A stretch of 64,000 nt of DNA, from NCBI RefSeq assembly GCF_009914755.1, contig NC_060927.1, one strand, 5' to 3'. A program made the position numbers and the translations under genes. This DNA comes from the human T2T-CHM13v2.0 reference genome, Homo sapiens. This document shows positions 39,606 through 53,156 of the stretch, piece by piece. Every line of letters begins with the position of its first letter. The stretch's first letter is position 1. The notes under the pieces are model-generated. The model saw only the letters and a list, made by a program, of their open reading frames with translations. It was not told where the DNA came from and made no database searches.

Positions 39606-40809
39606 AGACAGAGCCCTGAAGATGCTCTGGTCCCTGTCCCTACTGCGGCTAAATGAACAGCTTTGTTTGTTTTTCTTTCACTTGAGTCAGTTTCTGTTCT
39701 TTTTTTTTTTTTTTTTTTTTTGCAAAACTCCTAATTGCTAACACACCTTGCTCAAGTGTATACAGAAATCTATTATAAAATGAAGTTCTTACTCCAGAAA
39801 CCACTGAAAAACTTGATTCCCATTCCCCAGTGTTTATAACCCTTTGCCGCCTTTTCTGCCATGGAAGGCAGGAAGACCATGTACAGTTTGTGTACCATGC
39901 AATGCAATGCAAAGATGACGTACATCCTTCATCTTCCTGGGAGCAGGTCAGACACGTCAAGCTAGGGCTGAAAATCACATTGTCCAGCTTCAGCCTCACT
40001 TAACTTAGGGGAAAAAATATCCAAACAAAAAACAGGCACAATGAGGAAAAGAATGGTATTACCCATCGCCACAAAAAGCTTACCTAATCCTCCCTAATTG
40101 GGAGCTCTGCCCAAGGGCAGAATCATTCAATCTTAAAGGAATGCATCATCCCCAAATGTAGTCCTAAATAAGCACAGCACTAAAACACTTTCTTTAAATC
40201 CTAGCGCTATCATTAGACTACACATGTGTGAGTTTTGAATTTTGTCAACAAGGAAAAACCATGAGACACTCGGTGATTACTTCCTTGGATCACCTTTTAC
40301 TTTCTCAGAACTGAAATCTCTTCTAATCTAGGCAAAGGAAGCCCAAAAGTGGAAAGCAAGAGAGGGGGATGGGATAGCGAGGGTCTTGGGCAACTTGGCA
40401 GCTGTTCTGCACACAACCAGCAAAGACAGTGGGTGCAAATGCTCAGTGGCTAATTAGTATTCATCAGAAAGTACGTCTAATTTACTGAAACATAACCGCA
40501 GTGGGAAACAGACAGCTTCCTTCTAATTCTTTTTAGCCCAGAAACAATTAAACAGAATTAGCAGTACTAGAAGGAAACTAATAGTAAACAATTAAAAAGA
40601 AGACCCCTGAATAATTAGTAAACACCTAACTACGTCCCTACCCAGGATCCTTTAAAACCCTCCCCCTCCTGCAGTTCCATTTAACATGTCTGGTGTTGCA
40701 CAGCATATTTTTTTTTAATTATTTAGTAAAAACTTCAAAACATTCCAAAGCATACTTTTCCTTTGATATCAGATATTTGTCAAGGCCTCCCTAATTTGAA
40801 GGACAATGA

Positions 40810-41070
40810 TAATGATAATAATAAAGACAACTGTCGACATTTATTAAGTTCTCACTCTGTGGCAGGCGGGGCGCAAAGCACTTTATCTGCATCATCTTAT
40901 TTAATTCTTACAGCAACCCAAGAAAGCAGGAATTATTGTTATCCTCATTTTACAGATAAGAAAACTGAGGCTCAAAGAGGAGAAGGGACCTGCAGAAGGT
41001 CCCCAAATTTAGAAGTGTAAGTCATTGGATCAAACCTACGCATCTTCCCTCAGAGATTGTGCTGATAACC
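40810..41070 (-). mobile_element. MIR SINE
   Basis: cctcattttacagataagaaaactgaggctcaaagagg. Confidence 0.8.
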
Positions 41071-41593
41071 TTAAGGTTAGGGTACTTCTCTCCTAAGCAC
41101 AAATCTTACCTAGTCTAGTATTTCCCCCTAATCCAGGACAATGACCTACTACTACAAATTACACAGCAACCATGCCACTTTGAGACTGCACCCTTCTGGA
41201 AAATAGTAGAGGGGAAAGTGACTTTCATTAAGAATTCCCTTTCAGAAAAGTTTCTCTGTCTTCTTAATTCCCCTACAGGTATGAGCTGCCTGTGGCCTCC
41301 AGGATGAATCCTGATGGTATTTACGGTACCTCCAGGAGGCCATGTGATCATATCACCTAGCCATGATATCCCCTTTCTCCACCCAATCGAGACAGCTTAT
41401 AGGTGGACGCAGGCAGTATCAGTATCATCAAGGGCTGTAATTAACCCATTACAAGTTACTCAAAGCAAATGAAAATGCACAATGTCAATCCCTTGTAAAG
41501 AAAAAAATATGCTCTAAAGGTGTTTCTAGTCTCTTTTACCCTAAACCCAACCTCAAGTGAAAGAGAAGCAAGCAAACTTCAGGGAATACTCAC

Positions 41594-41863
41594 TGCTCCC
41601 CAGGGGCCAGTTCTCCACTGGTTTCCACCGAGCACATGGGTGCGGCTGGGGCTGGCGCTCCGGGGACGATAGTCCTCATTTTGGAAGGGGTGCTGAGCTA
41701 AGCCACTGTCTGGGGTCCTTTGAGGGCATGGTGACATGGAACAGTCCTGGTCAGTTTCTGGGATATAATCCTGGTCACACTCACTCCGATCGATCACGTG
41801 GTCACTGTAGTTGACACACATCACTTGCCGGGTTGCCCTACCTTGCCCACAGGTCACAGAGCA
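41594..41863 (-). CDS. ADAMTS9: ADAMTS9 exon (~26), TSR + linker: [14 protein letters not shown]...WRTGPWGA
   Basis: Acceptor acctag|TGC, donor GCA|gtgagt; 270 nt, phase 0-0. Confidence 0.96.
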
Positions 41864-41904
41864 CTAGGTTGAATGTTCAGAAAGAGAAAGGGTCAGTCAT
41901 TTGG

Positions 41905-42670
41905 TGGAGGGGTTGACAATTCCTGAATGTGCATTTCTGTAAATGGCCCACCACTTTCCCAAATTGCTCAGGCCAAAAACCTTGGAATCACCCTTGTCTC
42001 CTCTTTTTTTCCCATCCCATATCCATTTCAGTGAGAAATCTGTCAGCTCAGTATTCAAAATCACAAAATATAACCCTTTACAACAAAAGTCAAATCCTAT
42101 CCTTCCTTCCAGTGATTTTCCAACTCATTTGAATAATACCCAAAATCCTTACATTGATCTACTAGACCCTTTATGATGTGGCCACTGACTACCCCTTTGA
42201 CCCATCTACCATTCGCCACTCACTGCACTCCAGCTATGCTGGCCTTACTGATGCTTCCTGAACAAGCCAAGAACACTTCCATCTGAGGGACTTCATACCT
42301 ACTGCACCTTTTGCTGTACCACTTAAATTCCCATGTGTGTCATTCCCTCACTTCATTCAGGTCCTGCTCAATGTCAGGCCTTTTTTGACCACCCTCTCTA
42401 AAAGCACATCCCATCTTTCTCTATTCCACTTCTCCTCTTGACCTCTTTCTAGGACTTATCAGTACCTCTTGCTATATTACATACTTCCTTATTTGTTCAT
42501 TGACTGGATCATCCATTGGAATAATCTCCATGAAGGTAGGGGCTTTATTATTCATTCTTCACTGCTCTTTCTCTAGCAAGCTTTCACAAATATCTGGTGA
42601 GTAGGCAGATGGATCTTAGAGAAGATGAACTGACGGATGGACAGATGGATGAATGGATGCATGGATAAGT
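41905..42670 (+). mobile_element. L2 LINE fragment
   Basis: ttgctcaggccaaaaaccttggaatcacccttg...ctccatgaaggtagggg...gatggatgaatggatg. Confidence 0.75.
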
Positions 42671-43572
42671 GTTTGGAAGCTCAAGACATGAGAGTGAGAT
42701 TATCTACTATTTATTGAGTAGTACTTTCTGCTAAGCATTTGACGTACATAATCTCAAATAATCCTCACAACAGCCCTGTAAAGTAGTATTCTTTTCCGTC
42801 TTCTTTAAGAGCAGAGCACACTGAGACTCATGGACTTAAACCACATTGCTCAAGGCCATGCAACAAGTAAATGCCAAGGTCTGGGTTTTTACACAGCTCT
42901 GTTTCATTGCACCTCTCAAATTTCTCTCTCTATATTATGATATTTATTGAGATATTAATCTCCATTCTTCTTATGCCCTCTCCTCACCTATACTAATGTA
43001 TTTCTTGAACTCTGGGCTTTTTGCAGGGCAGAAAACAAGAAGCTGCCTAAAGATAAAAGTTCTACTTGTAAAAAAAACCCATAGATAGTGCTTGGTGTAC
43101 AGCAGGCAGGTTCACAGCACTGGATGAGGATTCCCACTTCCCATTCTTGTCAGGGGAAACCAAGAGCCACTTGATTTTTAGGGACCACAGGATGCAGGAG
43201 GAATCTAGACTCAGAGTAAGAGCCTCTCCCCTCACTCTCCTGACATTTTTGGTCCTCTACAAACCTACTGCATACTAATATGACTCAGTGAAGACTGGGA
43301 TTTCTGATCAGCCCAACAGGACAGACACTCAAGCAGACTGTAAACCGATTTATCCATTTTTTGAAATGTGCATTCCTTAAACATTTAGCTAAGAGTCCTT
43401 GCACACTTGGCCAACTACACATAAGTGGAGCAGCACAATTTAAATCATAAGACAAATCCAGCTCTGAAATATTACCCATTGACATTTCCAAGTGGCGCCC
43501 CCCTCCGCTGACTCCTCATAGCCCTCAATGTTTCCCCCATTCCCCCTAATTCCAAATAATCCACTGGCTTAC

Positions 43573-43740
43573 AGAGCTCCAGTCCAAGGCCTTCCATTGC
43601 CCACAGGGTGTCACAGAACATTCTTCCTTTGCCACTGGTCTAGGCAGGGTAGCACAGGCACTCTCGTCAGCCACAGAGCCATTCTCATCTCGGCAGCTGA
43701 CGTATCTCATCCGGGTACCTTTCCCACAAGTGGCTGAGCA
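43573..43740 (-). CDS. ADAMTS9: ADAMTS9 exon (~25), TSR: [14 protein letters not shown]...WKALDWSS
   Basis: Acceptor acccag|TGC, donor TCT|gtaagc; 168 nt, phase 0-0; preceded by a 137-nt intron. Confidence 0.95.
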
Positions 43741-43877
43741 CTGGGTGTTGGAGTAAAATCATGCAGTTATATTACGTGGAATGGCTGCTTACTGGACAGT
43801 AGCCCACTTTCTATAGCCATGTCTGGGAATGTTAGCCCCCATCCTGCCCTCCCCATTTCTCCCAGTCTATTTCTTAC

Positions 43878-43982
43878 TGGGGTCCAAGACCCAAATCGCC
43901 ACTGGGTTCTTGGTGCACTGTATGTGCTTCTCCTCGTTTCCGGGGCAGCTGGGGGAGGATGACATGATGGTAATTCACAGTC
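43878..43982 (-). CDS. ADAMTS9: ADAMTS9 exon (~24), TSR end + Pro-rich linker: [19 protein letters not shown]...WRFGSWTP
   Basis: Acceptor gtctag|GAC, donor CCA|gtaaga; 105 nt, phase 0-0; read manually. Confidence 0.95.
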
Positions 43983-45944
43983 CTAGACGTGATGGGGGAA
44001 AAAAAAACAAAGTCACTTTCAAGTCAATGCACTTTCAAGGTAATGGTCATGGTGGATAAAAATGTAAAGGCTAAGAATTCTAAGGCTTCAGATTTCTGTG
44101 TGAATCTGGGCAAGTCACATGACATCTCTCAGTCCCAATGTCTTCAACTGCAAAATGAGATATAATCTTAGTCCTTTTGTGGGTGCCTTAATAAAGGGCA
44201 GGGGTCAGCTTGAGGATTTTTAAAGCCATATTTATTCATCCGTTTGTGTAAAAAGAGAAAAAATATTGTAAAAGGACATGTAAGTCATGAAATAGCAGGA
44301 TATCATTTTAAAATCATTAGTTGTTAACGTTTTAAAACTCTGAAGGCCAAATGATGTTCTCACATTTCAATTAATTTCTTAATCAGAATTTGCTAATCAT
44401 GAACTTGCTTTCCCTGTTTGCCCAAAGATAACATCAGAATCCCAGAATGTCAAATGTAGATATAAAAGGTGTATTCAATTGGCCAATGCCTGGACTTCAT
44501 ATAACACCCCTCAATCATGCAGACGAAGTCCCTGTTATGAACTGAGGTCATCTGCGTACAGGTAATATTCCAAGATATGCAAACAGGAACAAAAGTACAC
44601 ACCTGCTCATATTCACTCTCAGCCTCAGTGGTTAAAAATTATCCTGTGACTTAATACATATTCATCAAATGCCTGAGTGTGCTGTACACAGTGCAAAAGT
44701 GCTGAGGCTTGGTGTCAAATATGACTGAGACATCTTTGCCTTAGAAAATCTATGTGTGGAATGTGAAATTTTGTTACGTGGCTCCAGACTTTGCCTATTC
44801 CTCTGTTTTTGGTCCAAAGAAAGCCACCGGGAACTTTTTACAAAGTGAAGGAATTATTCACATACTGCAATGGTGGGAGCCATCCCATAGTCAAATGGAT
44901 ATAATAGAATAACTTAAAGGGAAATATATTTTGAATCTGAAAGGGAGCAGCCAAGTCCTCAGTTCATGATTGCTTTAGATGCCATAGCTAACATTTTCCA
45001 GGCATTCATCATTTGGAACATTTCAATAAAATAATATATTTTTTATTATAAGTCACATATGTTGGTTAATTGATCGATGATGACAACATGAACAGCACTG
45101 CCATATTAATTTATTTTTTTAACACTCTTTATCCATTAACAACACACTTTGAAAGGCAGCAGATTGAGGGTGTTCAGGATGGAGATAGTACATCAGCCAC
45201 ATGGGGCTTCACTCAGAGTGTGAGTTCTGGGAATAGCCTGGGTTCAAATGCCATCTTCAGCAATTAGCAAAGCTGCTATGCAAACCCGAGTGTTCTCTTT
45301 ATGTATTCTCTTTACATACATGATGCCAAAATCAAGGCCCATATAGAATAGTATGCTGGTGAGTGGTTATCCACCAGCTTCTTGAGAAAAAAGATGTGTG
45401 TGTGTTTATAGATATTTTGTGTACACAAACACACACATATTACATGCATGTACATACACATACATATGTACATATATGCTTATTTATTATAAATTTTACT
45501 GATATAAAGGAGGTATAGCAATTTTGAAATAACAATAAAATATACAATTATATATTTTAAATTCCATACAGCCAACTGATTCTCACAGAATACATTTGTT
45601 GATTTTTGCTGAACTTTTGAACCTGTTGCCCACCTATGTTTGTAATTGCCAAATGAGCGTAGTTCAGGCATGAATGTTAGTTGATATTTTCTTTATGTTT
45701 AAGGGTAGGATGAAAGTGGAATGATGAAGATGTATGGCCAGAACTTGACTCACTGACCAGTGATGTGGAAGATGTCTTTGCTGAATCAGATACCTTTCAG
45801 ATATTAGAAGAATATTTCCACATCCTTTTGTTCTATTCACAATGTAACTGCTACAGACACAAGACTCGTTTACATTTAATCTGCATCATTAACATTTTCT
45901 CCATTACTTTCTTAAGTCTAACCAATCAACCAAATAATAAATTA

Positions 45945-46283
45945 AGCCCTGAATTGTAGCCCTTGCTGATTCTTGTGGTGTAAATACTCTCATCATGGCC
46001 ATTTTCAAGCTATGAACTTGATGTCAATGAACACAGAGCTGGGGAGAGATAGGTGGCAGCACACCCTTACATAGTACATCCACCATACAGACACATACGT
46101 ACATTGTATAAGTTAAGTTCTGAGTGTTTATAAACTTTGCTTTTAATACCCTACATTTAATTATAGATTTATATTTTCAGTTTTTAGTAATGGTTATACT
46201 TAATAATCAGTTTGCAAAACTCCTGCAAAATTTATCAATTGGCTCTTGTGAGCTGGTACAAGTTAGCTCCAGCAAATCACCGC
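45945..46283 (-). mobile_element. Arthur1-like hAT-Tip100 element
   Basis: gtggtgtaaatactctcatcatggccattttcaagcta...aattggctcttgtgagctggtacaagttagctccagca. Confidence 0.7.
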
Positions 46284-46610
46284 CTGAACATGTGACACTA
46301 GTTACTGAATACTACATTGAAATCATTTTAGAAATATGAGTTTAAGAAAATGAGCCCAAAACCCAACATTCATCATCCAATAGGAATCAAAAGCAAATCT
46401 ACATATACTTCAAATAACCAGAGAAGAACAAAACTGACACAAGATATTTGATTATAAATGTAACATACAGGTAAATCTGGACAAATTAATCTACTGGTTG
46501 CTCTACTGACATACTTATCTATGAAAGGATTTCAATTTTGTCTAAACAGCTGGGCAGTTTGGTACCTTGGTCCCCAAAGTCAATAACTGAGTTGGACAAA
46601 GGAAACTTAC

Positions 46611-46730
46611 CTGGGTATCAGTTGGTCTAGTTGCTGCATTACAGTCATTGTCATCTACCACTGACATATAAGTCCCAATGATGCATTTCACTGCTCTTAG
46701 CTGGTATCCCTGTCCACAAGTGACACTGCA
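46611..46730 (-). CDS. ADAMTS9: ADAMTS9 exon (~23), TSR: [14 protein letters not shown]...TRPTDTQ
   Basis: Acceptor ttccag|TGC, donor CAG|gtaagt; 120 nt, phase 0-0. Confidence 0.96.
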
Positions 46731-49700
46731 CTGGAAGAAGGAGGACAAAAGGTATATACAATTCAGCAAATCTTCTCTTTCCCTTACTTTCCCCATAACA
46801 TTCTGCAAGAGAGAAATACTTCCATCACAGTAGGCCAGAGGGCTGGCGCTCAAATAAACTAGGTCGAAGTGGGCAATCCTGCTCTGTACAAATTATACTG
46901 ATTCATTATTATGATGACCCTTGGAATTATTTCTGCCTCCCATTGAAATGATATTTATAGGGGTTCAACTCATTAACTGTGAACTCCTAGAAGGAGCAGA
47001 CTGCATCTCCATCATTTTTACATCTTTCACACTACCTAGCAGAGTGCTGTGGCTAAAATAGGTACTTAATAGAGCTCTGTGACTTTATTTGACTTCTAGG
47101 AAATTATCCTGAAGAAATAACTGGAGTTTGCATCAATATTTTTATAAGAGACAAAAAAACTGGACACCACCAAAGTATGCAACAACCAAAAGTTCAATAT
47201 CACAGCATACAGGTAGTTAGGAAAATAATGTAGCCACTAAAAGGCAAAATGTTAGATTATAAAAAGCAGACTAAAAACAGTAAGTAGAGGAAGTGATGCC
47301 ACAGAAATGGCAGACTAGGGAGCTCCAAGAATTGGTCCCTCCACTGAAGCAACTGTTAAGCTGGCAAAAACTGGAATCAACTTTTTGGAACTGTGGAATT
47401 TAAACAAAACCTTGCAGAAACTAGGTGAATGCTTAATAAAAAAAGAAGCCACTCAATTTTGGCATTTCTGATTACCCACCTACCACACTACATATTCCTC
47501 TCAAACGTGCAGGGATCTTTTTTAAAGAGAGACCATACGTTAGGCTGCAAAACAAGTCTCAATATGTTTTAAAAGAATGAGATCCCACAAGCACAATGGA
47601 GTGAGGCAAGAAATCGGTAATAGAAGAAAAACTAGAAAATTCACAAATATGTGAAAACTGAACTACATATTCTTAACCCATAGGTCAAAACAGAAATCAT
47701 AAGGGATATTAGAAAATACTTTGAGATAAATTAAAATGAAAGCAGAATATAAGAAAATTTGTGAGATGCAATGAAAGCAATGTTCACAGGAAATCTATAG
47801 TTGCAAACACCTACACTAATAAAGAAAAAAAAAAATGAAGAAAGATCTCAAATCCACAACCTAACTTTACTTCCTAAGGAACTACAAAATTAACAGCAAA
47901 CTAAAACCAAAAAAAAAAAAAAAAAAACAAGAAAAGGAAGGAAATAATAAAGATTAGAATGGAGATAAATGAAATACAGAGTAGAAGAATAATAGAAAAA
48001 AATCAACAGAACCAGAAATTGATTTTTTGAAAAGATCAACAAAATTGATAAACCTTTAGCTAGCACGACTAAGAAAAAATGAGAAAAGACTCCAATTACT
48101 AAATATCAGAAATGAAGGAGGGAACATGTCTACTGACCTTACAGCAATAAAAGTGATGCCAATATATTAGAGAATCTAGATAAAACATGCCAACTTACGC
48201 AGATTGCCTAGAAACAGACAAATCACAAAAACTGACTCAAGAAGAAATAAAAAATATGAACGGACATATAAGAAGTAAAATGACTGAATCATTAATCAAA
48301 GTCTTCCTCAAAAAGTTTGTACCAGTTCACTCATGAGTTTTACCAAACATTTAAATAAACATTAATACCAATCCCTTTCAAATGCTTTCAGAAAAAAAAA
48401 AATCAAAGAATAGGAGAACACATCCTAACTTATTCTATGAGGCCAGTACTACCCTAAAACCATAGCCGAAGACAACACACACACACACCAGATTAATATT
48501 GCTTATACAGATGTAAAAATCCTCAACAAAGTACTAACAAATTGAATCCAATAGCATACTAAAAGGATAGTACATCACGGCCAAGTGGGATTTAGTCCAG
48601 GAACATAAGGCTGGCCCAACATAAGAAAATCAATCAATGCAATACATTACGTTAATAGAACAATGGAAAAAAAAAAATGATTATCTAAATTAAAGAAAAC
48701 CATATGACAAAATTCAACATCTTTTCATGATAAAACAATTCAGAAATCTAGCAATAAAAGGGAACTTATTCAACATCATAAAGAGCAGTTAGGAAAAAAA
48801 CCCACAGCTAACACCATACTCAATAGTAGAAGAGTAAAAACTTTTCCCCACAAGATCAGAAACATGACAAGGATGCCCGCTTTCACCACTGCTGTTCATC
48901 ATTGTACTGGAAGTTCTAGCCAGAGAAATTAGGAAAGAAAAAGAAATATTAATAAAAGACATGCAAAGAAAGCGGGAAGGAAGAAGTACAACTAATTCTA
49001 TTTGCAGATGTCATCATACTATACATTGGAATCCCAAGAATCCATTAAAACTATTACTACAGCTAATAAACAAATTTAGCAACATTGAAGGATACAAGAT
49101 AAACAGAAAAGCCTATTGTGTTTCTATACATCAGCAATGAACAATCCCAAAAGTAAATTTTAAAAAAAAAATTCAATTTACAGCAACATCCAAAAGAATG
49201 AAATACCTAGGAACAAGCTTAAACAAGGAGGTAAAGGCTTTCTACACTAAAAACTATAAAACTTTGCTCAAGAAATTAAAGAAGACCTAAATAAATAAAA
49301 AGATATTACATGTCTATGGATTAAAAGATTTAGTATTGCTAAGGTGACAATATTCCCCAAATTAACCCACAGATTCAGTGAAATCCCAATCAAAATCCTA
49401 ATAGCATTTTTGCAGAAATGAAAAAGCGGATTCTCAAATTCATATGGAATGACAAGAGACCCCAAATAGCCAAAATGATACTGAAAAAGAACAAAGCTGG
49501 GGGAATCATACCTCACAATTTCAAAACATACTACAGTGATCAAAACAGTCTACTGGCATAAGAACAGATGTATAGACTACTGACATAAAATCTAGAGTCC
49601 AGAAATAAACCCATATATCTATGGACAAGTGACTTTCAACAAGAGTGCCAAGACCACTCAATGGAGAGAGAACAGCCTCTTCAGCAAGTGGTGTTGAGAC

Positions 49701-50445
49701 AACTGGATACCTACATGCAAAACCATGATGTTGGAATCCTGCCTTATGCTATATACAATAATTAACCCAAAATGGATCAGTGGCCCAAACGTAAGAGCTA
49801 AAACTAGAAAACTCTTTTAAAAAATGGCAGAAAAACTTCATGACATTGGATTCGGCAATGACTTCCTTGACATCATAAACAAGGGCAACAGAAAATAGAC
49901 AAATTGGACTACATCATAATTTAAAACCTTGTGCATTAAAGGACACTATCAACAAAGTAAAAAGGCAACACAGGGGATGGGGGAAATATTTGCCAATCAT
50001 ATCTCTGATAAGGAATTGACATCTAGAACCTACAACTCAAGAACAACGAGAAAAACAGATCAAAAAATGAGAAAAGGAACATTATTGAATTATACATTTA
50101 AAATAGTTGAGAGAAATTCTGTGATGAGTTTTATTTTACTATTAACACAATTCATATTTTTTTTAAAAAATTGGCAAAGAAGTTGAATAGACAGTTCTCC
50201 AAGGAAGATATATTCAAATGACCAACAAGCACATGGAAAGATGATCAGTATCTTTTGTTATTAGGGAAATACAAATCAAAACCATAGTAAGATAAATTTA
50301 TCTTACTTGGAATTTTAAAAAGGGAAAATAACAATTTTGGCGAGGATGTGGAGAGAATGGAACCCTTGTATTATATGATAATAAAAATGCAAAATTATGC
50401 GGTTGCTGTAGAACATCATTTGGTAGTTAAAAAGTTAAACCCAGA

Positions 50446-50974
<529 letters not shown>

Positions 50975-51155
50975 CTACAATATAGATGAATCTAGAAAAC
51001 ATTGCGGTATGTGAAAGAAGTTAGGCACAAAAGGCCACAAATTGCATGATTCCATTTCTATGAAATGTCCAGAATAGGTAAATCCATAAACACAATGCAG
51101 ACTGGTGGTTGCCAGGGACTGAGGGAAGAGTGGGGTGGGGAACAAATGCTTAGTT

Positions 51156-51473
51156 CAGTGGTCCCCAGACTTTTGGGCACCCAGGACCAGTTTCATGGAA
51201 GACATCTTCCACAGATGGGGTGGGTGGGGGTGGTTTTGGGATGAAACTGTTCCACCTCAGATCATTAGACATTAGATTCTCATAAGGAGTTCACAACCTA
51301 GATCTCACAGTTCACAACACGGTTTGCACTCCTGAGAATCCAATGCTGCTGCTGATCTGACAGGAGGTGGAGCTCAGGCGGTAATGCTTATCCACCACTC
51401 AACTGTTGCTGTGCAGCCTGGTTCTTTACAGGCCATGGCCCATGGCCCATGACCCAAGAGTTGGGGACCCCTG
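51156..51473 (+). mobile_element. MER1B (hAT-Charlie) inserted in the L1 3' UTR
   Basis: TIRs cagtggtcccca / ttggggacccctg; 8-bp TSD gcttagtt / gcttaatg; internal attagattctcataaggag. Confidence 0.88.
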
Positions 51474-52991
51474 GCTTAATGTATACAAGGTTTCCTTTTG
51501 GGGTGATGAAGTTTCGTAACTAGGTAAAGGTGGTAGTTGCAAAACATTAAGAATATGCTAAATGCCACTGATTTGTTCGCTTTAAAATGGTTCATTTTGT
51601 ATTATGTGAGTTTCATTTCCATTAAAACAAACAATTGGCAGAGTACAGTCACAATATTAATTTAAAAAATATTAGAAGCAAATCATAAACATGTTAGCAA
51701 CAACTAATTTCTTCAGTGTAGAGGTAGGACTGGGTTTGGTTTTCTTCTTTTTGCTGAATTACATTTTGCAAAATTTCTCTTATGAATATTTACGACCCTT
51801 AAATAACACCTCCAAAAAACTGTTCCCCTGAACTGCATGTTCAGTTCAAGGAAAAAAAAAGATCTCTAATTATAAGATGTGCTAGGAATGGCCTGGTGTA
51901 GAGACAGATGACAAACAGGCCTGTCAATTCTAACAGATGTTATATTCAGATCTTGACAGTGACCCTAAGCTGTGTTCTCCTCCTCTTATTATTCCCTAAA
52001 AGTTATGCAGATACAGACAAAAAGAAGATGAGATTAGAAGTATAAGTGAACTCTCCCTATTAATTCAGACATGATTGGCAATTTGGACTGTGGATGCTAT
52101 GAAATGGGGAAGATTCAGAAAAGTGCCCATATCAGTGATAGAAATTGTAAGGGTGCCATAATAAAACTGCTTCCACTTGTTGCATGCATATTTGGAAATG
52201 AAGATAGAGGCTAAAAGACTGAGTGGCTGTGGCTGGTCAGGGTGAAGGGAGGGTCATTCTTCAAGAGATTACGCAAGTGACAGCAGACAGCTGTTCTACT
52301 TCTAATGGGAACTCAGAGTGCTACTTAAATAGTACCCTGAACGCTTCTGCTTCTATATTAGGAAGGACTTAATTCCGAGAGTAGTGGCTTCTCAGATGCA
52401 AGCCCAAGGGAGACTTTCACTCTCTCCTTTAAGAATAGCTCAAGTTAAGACTGTGGAACCTACAGACTAGAGGACTTGGAAAAGATTATTTCCAAGCATG
52501 AGGGTTTTGCAACCTTTGATCTAATTAATTATGTTTGAAGAGTCTGGCTTATTTATGAGAGGTGAGCTTTGTAATTGTGACATTGGGAGCCAAAATATCT
52601 TTTCCAAATCTCATTCCAGACCTTCCTGCCAGAGACTCTGGTGCTGGATCACCTTCTGTAACAGACCCACAGAGGCACGCTAGAAGATAACATCAGCCAG
52701 ACATGAAATCTGTTGTGAATTTGTTCAAACGCTCGTCTGCTCAAGCTAAAGGGCAAAGATAGGCACGTGGGTCTGTAAAAGGGTAATCAGCTCCAGGAGG
52801 GCAGGCAGCAATCCTTGGAAGGGGGGCAAAATGGCTGCAGAGTTACATGTGCTTGATCCAGTGCCATGGAGGTGTCCTGCATGCCACCCGGCACAGCGGT
52901 TAAATCTCCACCACTGGAATGCTCCTTTGCAAGTCCTCTCCAGATAAGAAGGAAAGAATGTAGCAGTTAAGAATCTTATCGTTCAAAATAC

Positions 52992-53156
52992 CTGTCCCCA
53001 GGGACCCGCCTGCCAGGATGCACATTCCGGCTGCTGACAAGTCTGCATAGATGTTGGCTTGGTCTCAGGGTCACACATTCTATCATTTAATCGATCTTCA
53101 CCAAACTGACACCAGACCTGGCGGTGCTTATGCCCTTTTCCACAGGTGACCAAGCA
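52992..53156 (-). CDS. ADAMTS9: ADAMTS9 exon (~22), TSR: [14 protein letters not shown]...WQAGPWGQ
   Basis: Acceptor ttacag|TGC, donor CAG|gtattt; 165 nt, phase 0-0; read manually. Confidence 0.95.

Noticed and set aside
41557-41814. Plus-strand ORFs overlapping ADAMTS9 exons (also 1151, 33936, 36415, 43528, 55590, 60583, 61846)
   Set aside because: Shadow ORFs on the opposite strand of GC-richer coding exons
43493-43510. CTCF-like motifs (ggcgccccctccgctg here; ttgccatctgctag at 21806; ccactaggggca at ~15333)
   Set aside because: Each mismatches a core position or spacing; cannot be called without ChIP data
45394-45480. TG/CA inverted low-complexity tract
   Set aside because: Self-complementarity is a trivial consequence of microsatellite composition
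49268-50186. ORFs within 47-51 kb
   Set aside because: Degenerate L1 ORF2 remnants or their antisense; many stops and frameshifts
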